From an uncultured Bordetella sp. (GTDB taxonomy: Bacteria; Pseudomonadota; Gammaproteobacteria; Burkholderiales; SG8-41): a DNA stretch of 64,000 nt. Location: the NCBI GenBank assembly GCA_964531455.1, contig CAZHFZ010000010.1, positions 8,806-72,805 of the forward strand, in the 5' to 3' direction. The position numbers and the translations under genes are program-made. The notes below the pieces were generated by a model. It worked only from the letters and a program-made list of their open reading frames with translations, was not told the origin of the DNA and made no database searches. Shown in pieces: positions 58,454-64,000 of the stretch. How positions within the stretch are numbered: position 1 is the stretch's first letter; every line of letters starts with the position of its first letter.

Positions 58454-58527
58454 AATTTCAAACCCCGTTGGTTTTAATCAATCACATTCATCGGCGCTGC
58501 GGATAAAGCAGAACGTGACCTTTCGAA

Positions 58528-59505
58528 TTACTGCTCTTTGATACCGGCATCCTTGATTACTTTTGTCCAAATATGGAGCTGATCAGCAAGGAGTTTTCCA
58601 AGTTCTTGGGGCGTACTTACAACGATTTCAATGCCATGAGACGCCATCATCTTCTTGACGTCATCAGTCGGCAGTTGCTTCACGATCTCCTGATTCAGAC
58701 GATTAATTACATCCTGGGGTGTGCCGGCCGGTGCAACAACTGAATAGATCTGGCGCATTTCGAAGCCAGGCAAACCACTTTCACTAATCGTTGGAATATC
58801 CGGTGCCAGCGGTGAACGTGCTGGAGTTGTCTGCCCAAGCGCTTTCAAGCGACCAGATTTAACCTGTGCAAGTATTGCTTGGTAGTTGCCAAACATGATG
58901 TCGATTTCACCAGAGGCAATCGATACCATCGCCGGTGTGGTGCCCTTAAAAGGAACATGAATGAGTTCAATCTTCGCCATAGACTCCAATAACTTCATGC
59001 CCAAGTGTGCGGCACTGCCGGGACCCGTGCTGCCGTAAGTCAGGCTGTTTTTTCTTGATTTCGAGAGACTGATTACATCTCTGACTGATTTGGCCGGCAC
59101 GGATGGATGAGCAGCAAGCATATACGCCGTCGTTGCAGCTAATGAAATGGGGGCGAAATCCTTGATTGGGTCATAGTTGATATTTGAATATAGTGCTGGG
59201 CCGGTGATTAGTGCGCTCGCACTTGCTTGAAAGATCGTGTATCCATCCTTTGGTGCTCTTGCCACCAGTTCAGCTGCAATTCGTCCACCACCACCTGGGC
59301 GATTGTCTACAACGATTTGCTGACCCAATGCAGGACCGACTTTCTGGGAGATCAGCCTCGCTATGGTGTCAGTGCCGCCCCCCGGGGGGTTGGGTACGAT
59401 CAAACGAATTGTTCTGACTGGAAATGCCTGCCCAAGTACTGGAGGGGCAATCCCCGTGTAGATCAATCCAAATATCATCAAACCTATTGAGCTTTTAGAA
59501 ATCAT
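58528..59505 (-). CDS. Bug/TctC-family periplasmic substrate-binding protein
   Basis: Signal peptide, plus PVRTIRLIVPNPPGGGTD and VVDNRPGGGG motifs. Confidence 0.85.
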   Translation of the reverse strand: MISKSSIGLMIFGLIYTGIAPPVLGQAFPVRTIRLIVPNPPGGGTDTIARLISQKVGPALGQQIVVDNRPGGGGRIAAELVARAPKDGYTIFQASASALITGPALYSNINYDPIKDFAPISLAATTAYMLAAHPSVPAKSVRDVISLSKSRKNSLTYGSTGPGSAAHLGMKLLESMAKIELIHVPFKGTTPAMVSIASGEIDIMFGNYQAILAQVKSGRLKALGQTTPARSPLAPDIPTISESGLPGFEMRQIYSVVAPAGTPQDVINRLNQEIVKQLPTDDVKKMMASHGIEIVVSTPQELGKLLADQLHIWTKVIKDAGIKEQ

Positions 59506-59668
59506 GGTGCGGTCTCCTCCTATCAGAATTGATTCCGAATGTATGTTTTTGACCGACTATTAAAATAGTTTCTTTAAATCTTTTACGTTTCAGATTCCTA
59601 ACAAAACATGTTTAGATTTCTTAAATCACTTTACTGCTTACCTGCGAAGGGCTTAGGTCTGTGGCTAC

Positions 59669-60247
59669 CTACAGGCCTTCCAAGAAAGTTACGGTCGTTG
59701 ATGTCAGTATTGTCGACATCCGCTTTGTTTGATCGATTACAGCCTGATGCTGTTCTTCGCTCAACGCACAACAACAATCATCCAAGATGTAAACATCGTA
59801 GTCGCGGTCATGCCCATCTTTAGCGCCGGATAGCACTGCGCCACTTGTCGAAACGCCGGAGAGATACAAACGACTAATACCGTTTGCTTTCAATATGGGT
59901 TCGAGGCTAGTGGCATAAAATGGGCTTACTCGATGCTTTACGATGTCAAAGTCACCAGGCATCGGTTTTAAAGCCGGGTGTACTTCAGTCCCCCATGTGC
60001 CGAGCTTGAATATTCCTGCCTTTTTTGCGCCTTGAAATATTCGAGATGTCGGGGGGCACTCTCTGTAATCTGGCGAAAACCCGATGCGCACATAGCCCAC
60101 TTGAACATTTATCGCACGGGCTTTGCGTATCGCTTCTGCGGTATTCGCGATCGTATTGCGTCGGTGTAGCTCTGGGCCGTAGCCTTTCTGTCCATTCGGG
60201 CCATCGTCATGAATCAGGTCATTGATCATATCGAGAACCAAATACAT
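59669..60247 (-). CDS. Isochorismatase-family hydrolase lacking the cysteine nucleophile
   Basis: MYLVLDMINDL supplies the Asp and IVKHRVSPFYATSL the Lys. At the T-x-x-C-V position the sequence is TSGAV. Confidence 0.7.
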   Translation of the reverse strand: MYLVLDMINDLIHDDGPNGQKGYGPELHRRNTIANTAEAIRKARAINVQVGYVRIGFSPDYRECPPTSRIFQGAKKAGIFKLGTWGTEVHPALKPMPGDFDIVKHRVSPFYATSLEPILKANGISRLYLSGVSTSGAVLSGAKDGHDRDYDVYILDDCCCALSEEQHQAVIDQTKRMSTILTSTTVTFLEGL

Positions 60248-60324
60248 CGCTTTTCCTGACACATTTACCCCCGATCGAAAAATGCCAGATCCATCTTTAG
60301 AAAATCGTTACACAAATAAATCCA

Positions 60325-60360
60325 GACATGGATCTCCGTTCAATGGCTGAGATCCATGTC
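60325..60360 (-). terminator. Strong hairpin between the hydratase and isochorismatase-like genes
   Basis: Perfect 12-bp inverted repeat GACATGGATCTC/GAGATCCATGTC with a 12-nt loop, followed on the minus strand by TGGATTTATTTGTG. Confidence 0.55.
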
Positions 60361-60405
60361 CTTAAGGCAGAACCATTAACTACAATGTATTTCTAACTAC
60401 CCAAA

Positions 60406-61608
60406 TTAGCGAACAACCGGGAGCTCAAGATCACATACGGTTCCATCAAGAGGGACCTTTGTCGTCACATCTTTTGAAGGGAGCATCACTGTTGCAAAAC
60501 CTGGTGAAGACAGATCCCCTCGTTGGTTGATGCCCTTCATTTCGATATCAATCAGAGCGCAGCGGTCTTTGACATATTTCTTGACTATTTTCCCGGTAAT
60601 AAATGTCGTATCACCTTGGCAGTTGAAAAGCCTGGCTTCCATTCGGAGGCGCTTAAGAACTGCATCATCCCCCATCCAGTTGGTAATGGCTGTGGCGAAC
60701 CAACATGCCCTTTGCGGGAGATAGTCATACATGCCAGGAACGCCGACTTCTTTAGCAAAGTCCTCGCGGTGATGCCCGATGCCGGTATATTCGATTCCAC
60801 CCCCCGTTTTTTTATTGCGGATGTAGTGTTTCGGGTGTTTTGCGGCGTGCCTCAAAAGGACGCCGTGAGCAGCTCCGCGGCCTGAAGCGATCACGAATGC
60901 CATCGTGTCGGAGGAGGAAAGCGGACCCCGAGCTATTTCGTCGATGGAGTCGCCGACATTTACATCCTCCCAGTGCCGTGTATTTTGACCCCGGATTCTG
61001 TCTTGCTCGGTCAATACCATCTCGTCAATTCGCTCACGCTCTGCCGAGGTGTAAACATGCGTCTTTACCTCCTTGTATTTGCCGGTATCGCGTGAAGCTT
61101 TACGCTCATGGCGTGCAGTCATGCCGAGAGCGCGGCAAAGAACTTCGTCCCTTTGATTGATGTACGTTGACTCCAGATACTGCATGGCCATCTTTCCAGA
61201 GAATTTTGATGCTTTCTCATGGATATCGATGACGCGGTTCCAGATGCTGATGCGATCACCCGGACGCACGTTTCTGTAGTACTCGCAATCAATGGCAACA
61301 CCAAAGCCGTGTACACCAGGAAGCCCCCAATATGAACGCCCCGGCCAATGGTGGGTCCACGGGAAGCACGGATGCGCGATCAAACCACCGAATCGCGTCC
61401 AGCGAGCATATTCCTGATCCCGATACAGGGGATTGAGGTCGCCGATTCCGTTGGAGAAAATTGTGATGCTGTCCAGGCTGGCATCACGTAGATATTGTTC
61501 GGGACGCAACTTGCATCCGATCAACTCACGCGCCGCTGACATTGAAGCTTCGTTGATTTTGCCTTCTGGTGCTTCTTCGTTGATGTCTAATTCGATTCTC
61601 TTGTTCAA
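60406..61608 (-). CDS. Double hot-dog (FAS1-type N-half + MaoC-type C-half) acyl-CoA (de)hydratase
   Basis: 400 aa with two hot-dog-like halves. The size and layout resemble mesaconyl-/itaconyl-CoA hydratase-type enzymes. Assigned by eye. Confidence 0.6.
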   Translation of the reverse strand: MNKRIELDINEEAPEGKINEASMSAARELIGCKLRPEQYLRDASLDSITIFSNGIGDLNPLYRDQEYARWTRFGGLIAHPCFPWTHHWPGRSYWGLPGVHGFGVAIDCEYYRNVRPGDRISIWNRVIDIHEKASKFSGKMAMQYLESTYINQRDEVLCRALGMTARHERKASRDTGKYKEVKTHVYTSAERERIDEMVLTEQDRIRGQNTRHWEDVNVGDSIDEIARGPLSSSDTMAFVIASGRGAAHGVLLRHAAKHPKHYIRNKKTGGGIEYTGIGHHREDFAKEVGVPGMYDYLPQRACWFATAITNWMGDDAVLKRLRMEARLFNCQGDTTFITGKIVKKYVKDRCALIDIEMKGINQRGDLSSPGFATVMLPSKDVTTKVPLDGTVCDLELPVVR

Positions 61609-61620
61609 GATCTTCTCCTG

Positions 61621-62499
61621 TTATTCTGCTTGCTGTAATGCTTCCCGTGCTTTTGCGACAACGTTGGTGATGCCTTTTGCAGTGAGCACACCAGCTCGAC
61701 GCAGAACCTTGTTCTTCTCTTCATGAGTGTCATTTTTTCCACCCACAAGTGCGGCTGCGTGCCCCATCTTCTTGCCTGGGGGGGCAGTGGCCCCAACAAT
61801 CAGTGCGGCTACCGGTTTGGCTCCTGGCCTTCTTGCGTAGTCAGCAACGGCTGCTTCTTCGGTGCCACCAATCTCGCCGAGATACATCACCGCTTTTGTT
61901 TCAGGGTCCTTATGAAACAACTCAAGGGCCTCAAGTGCCGTCGTCCCCTTGACGGGGTCGCCCCCGATCCCGACTACAGTTGTCTGACCAATGCCTGCGA
62001 CCGTTAATCGTTTGCAGGCCTCATAGGACAGAGAGCCGCTTCTTGAAATGACCCCCATCTTTCCCTTCATGAAACAGAAGGACGGCATGAAACCCATCTT
62101 CGCCTTGCCTGGAGAGATGATTCCTGGGGTGTTCGGTCCGATGAAATGTGCGCCGTTTGCTCGAGCTGCTGCGCGAATCTCGATGGCATCGCGGACCGGG
62201 AGTTCATCCGCAGTTGCGACCACGAGTTTGCATCCTGATTCGATTGCCTCTATTGCTGCGCTACGAACAGACGCCGGAGGCACAAAAACCATTGCAGTGT
62301 CCGCCCCCGTATTTCTGACTGCTTCGGCAACACCCTCAAAAACGGGAACCCCTTCAACGTTATTTCCACCTCTTCCTGGTGAAACACCGGCAACGATTTG
62401 GGTTCCATAACCCCGCGAGTCGGTTACAAAGAAGGTTCCCATTGCCCCGGTAATACCCTGGACCACTACTCGATTGCCCTTATCCAGAAGGATGCTCAT
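61621..62499 (-). CDS. Succinyl-CoA-synthetase alpha-like subunit (CoA-binding, phosphohistidine)
   Basis: VVVQGITG, SRSGSLSYE and a catalytic-His motif KKMGHAAA. Confidence 0.85.
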   Translation of the reverse strand: MSILLDKGNRVVVQGITGAMGTFFVTDSRGYGTQIVAGVSPGRGGNNVEGVPVFEGVAEAVRNTGADTAMVFVPPASVRSAAIEAIESGCKLVVATADELPVRDAIEIRAAARANGAHFIGPNTPGIISPGKAKMGFMPSFCFMKGKMGVISRSGSLSYEACKRLTVAGIGQTTVVGIGGDPVKGTTALEALELFHKDPETKAVMYLGEIGGTEEAAVADYARRPGAKPVAALIVGATAPPGKKMGHAAALVGGKNDTHEEKNKVLRRAGVLTAKGITNVVAKAREALQQAE

Positions 62500-63623
62500 G
62501 ATTTTTTCGCCAATTTAATGGCCTCCCTTACGGCATGTTCAAGGGACTCGTGATTGATCGCGCCGAAGGTTTCAAAAATCCCTGGAACTTGATCGACATA
62601 TGTACCGTCGAGTCGAAAGATGACCGGTTTTTTGCTTTTTCGCATCGCCATGTTTTCTTTCATGGCATTTGCAACGCGATTCATCTGTGTTCCGCCACCA
62701 AAAACGCTGACCAGAATCACTTTAACGGCAGGGTCGTGGTCGAGCAGGGCAAAAGCTGGTTTATAGCCTCGCGTGGATGTCGGTCCGGGGCTGCAGTCAA
62801 AGAAGCATGCGGGTTTTCCGCCAAATTCATGGATGAGATCCATCGCCCCCATCGTCATGCCTGCACCGCCAGATATCAGTCCGATATCTCCATCCAGCTT
62901 GACGTACATGTGCTGCATGTCCAGACAAGCTTTCAGCCACTTGTCTGCGCGCGCCCTGTTTTTTGATTGCTGCTCTTTGATGTCCGCATTACGGTAATGC
63001 GCCCATTCGTCGTAAACGATCTTTGCATCCAGCGCCATGAGCTCACCGGATTTGAGCTTTGCGAGGGGATTAATCTCCACCGTCGTGCAGTCATTTGCAG
63101 TCGCTATATCCACCAGTCTTTGTGCCAGTGCGATGACCTTCTCGCGCAACTGAAAGTCTTTCTCTACCGGACTCAGGATGGCGCGCAGTTTGTGCGCTCG
63201 AAATAGCCACGGGGCACCGATCGGATATCGAACTGGCGGTTTTCCGTTTTCAATATCTACACCCCCCTCAGGGGAATACATCACGACGTAGCCTTCCGCA
63301 GCAGCGTCCACCGTTACGGAGAGGTAAAGTTCGCGATCTATTGCCAGCCACGGATCAGCCAGTAGTGATTCAGCCTTCTCGCCATTGAACTCCGTTCCGA
63401 AAAGCTTTTTGACAGCACTTTTCAGTGAAGCTGAATTGACGGCCTTGACTATCCCCCCTTGCTTTCCGCGTCCTCCGCTTCGGACCTGTGCTTTCACTGC
63501 AACAGGAAAAGTCTTCACTCGCTTGAGTGAGTTCGAATTGGCGTTTCTTAATAGCACGCCTTTGGGTACGGATATTCCCGCTGATGCAAGCAGATGCTTT
63601 GCCTCATATTCCAGAATCATCAT
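62496..63623 (-). CDS. Succinyl-CoA-synthetase beta-like subunit (ATP-grasp)
   Basis: MMILEYEAKHLL start behind an AAGGAGGAG SD (SucC starts MNLHEYQAK). PVAVKAQV..GGRGK motif. ATGA overlap with the alpha subunit. Confidence 0.8.
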   Translation of the reverse strand: MMILEYEAKHLLASAGISVPKGVLLRNANSNSLKRVKTFPVAVKAQVRSGGRGKQGGIVKAVNSASLKSAVKKLFGTEFNGEKAESLLADPWLAIDRELYLSVTVDAAAEGYVVMYSPEGGVDIENGKPPVRYPIGAPWLFRAHKLRAILSPVEKDFQLREKVIALAQRLVDIATANDCTTVEINPLAKLKSGELMALDAKIVYDEWAHYRNADIKEQQSKNRARADKWLKACLDMQHMYVKLDGDIGLISGGAGMTMGAMDLIHEFGGKPACFFDCSPGPTSTRGYKPAFALLDHDPAVKVILVSVFGGGTQMNRVANAMKENMAMRKSKKPVIFRLDGTYVDQVPGIFETFGAINHESLEHAVREAIKLAKKS

Positions 63624-63727
63624 TTGAATGGGCTCCTCCTTCAGCGTGCTGAATATAGGTCCCTCAAACCATGCCAACAAACAATAATTAATCATAGGAA
63701 TATGCTGTTTAGGCATATACTTTTGGA

Positions 63728-64000
63728 ATGACGCTCAAACAACTTCGATGCCTCAGGGCCATAGTCCGGTCTGATTTCAGCATTTCTGCGGCGGCTCAAG
63801 CGCTGCATGCCACCCAGCCTGGGTTGAGTCGCCAACTTCAACTCCTGGAGCAGTCTCTTGGCATTTCACTGTTTGTTCGGCGAGGAAAACGGTTATTGGC
63901 CCTTTCAACCGCAGGCCAAAATATCCTGTTGATTGCAGAACGCATGCTTCAGGATGCGGAAAATATTCAAGAGTCCGCACGGGAGCAAACCGACAATAGT
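63728..64000 (+). CDS. LysR-family transcriptional regulator, N-terminal 91 aa (runs off window; not in ORF track)
   Basis: My translation is MTLKQLRCLRAIVRSDFSISAAAQALHATQPGLSRQLQLLEQSLGISLFVRRGKRL..., a canonical LysR HTH. Divergent from the ligase operon. Confidence 0.75.
   Translation, partial: MTLKQLRCLRAIVRSDFSISAAAQALHATQPGLSRQLQLLEQSLGISLFVRRGKRLLALSTAGQNILLIAERMLQDAENIQESAREQTDNS

Overview
This is a 64-kb, high-GC chromosomal segment whose gene content and synteny look beta-proteobacterial. That is an inference from motifs read by eye; no database search was possible. I count about 75 credible CDS. I recognised no rRNA, tRNA, CRISPR array or intact IS/transposase.

- **1-23.2 kb, housekeeping genes:** a Bug/TctC binding protein, TlpA, and lipA-lipB-ybeD-dat-DD-carboxypeptidase. 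Next come an ECF sigma factor with a 59-aa zinc-finger anti-sigma that the ORF track missed, and hsp20 behind a sigma-32-type promoter. These are followed by argB, slmA, moeB and ctpA-envC-gpmI, an ArsR regulator with a PglL-like O-oligosaccharyltransferase, rhodanese-grxC-secB-gpsA, and trmL.
- **23.3-41.1 kb, MSHA-type type IV pilus locus:** a complete 17-gene locus in permuted order, mshE-G-F-B-A-C-D-O-P-Q, then a 184-bp AT-rich spacer, then mshI-I2-J-K-L-M-N. The ATPase carries tandem c-di-GMP-binding MshEN motifs. An exact 14-nt motif is shared by two promoter regions. The ~1,310-aa MshQ-like protein has an unusual N-terminal half.
- **41.1-56.6 kb:** comF, bioBFHCD, an aa3-type cytochrome c oxidase operon with its full assembly set (including an untracked 37-aa ORF), and rpoH.
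- **56.6-57.1 kb:** an AT-rich junction followed by high-GC DNA with no intact ORF.
- **57.1-64.0 kb, lower-GC block:** visibly lower GC and probably horizontally acquired. It encodes an uncharacterised organic-acid/acyl-CoA module: MmgE/PrpD, Bug, an isochorismatase-like protein lacking the catalytic Cys, a double hot-dog hydratase, a succinyl-CoA-synthetase-like ligase, and a divergent LysR regulator.

Most long ORFs antisense to these genes are high-GC artefacts.
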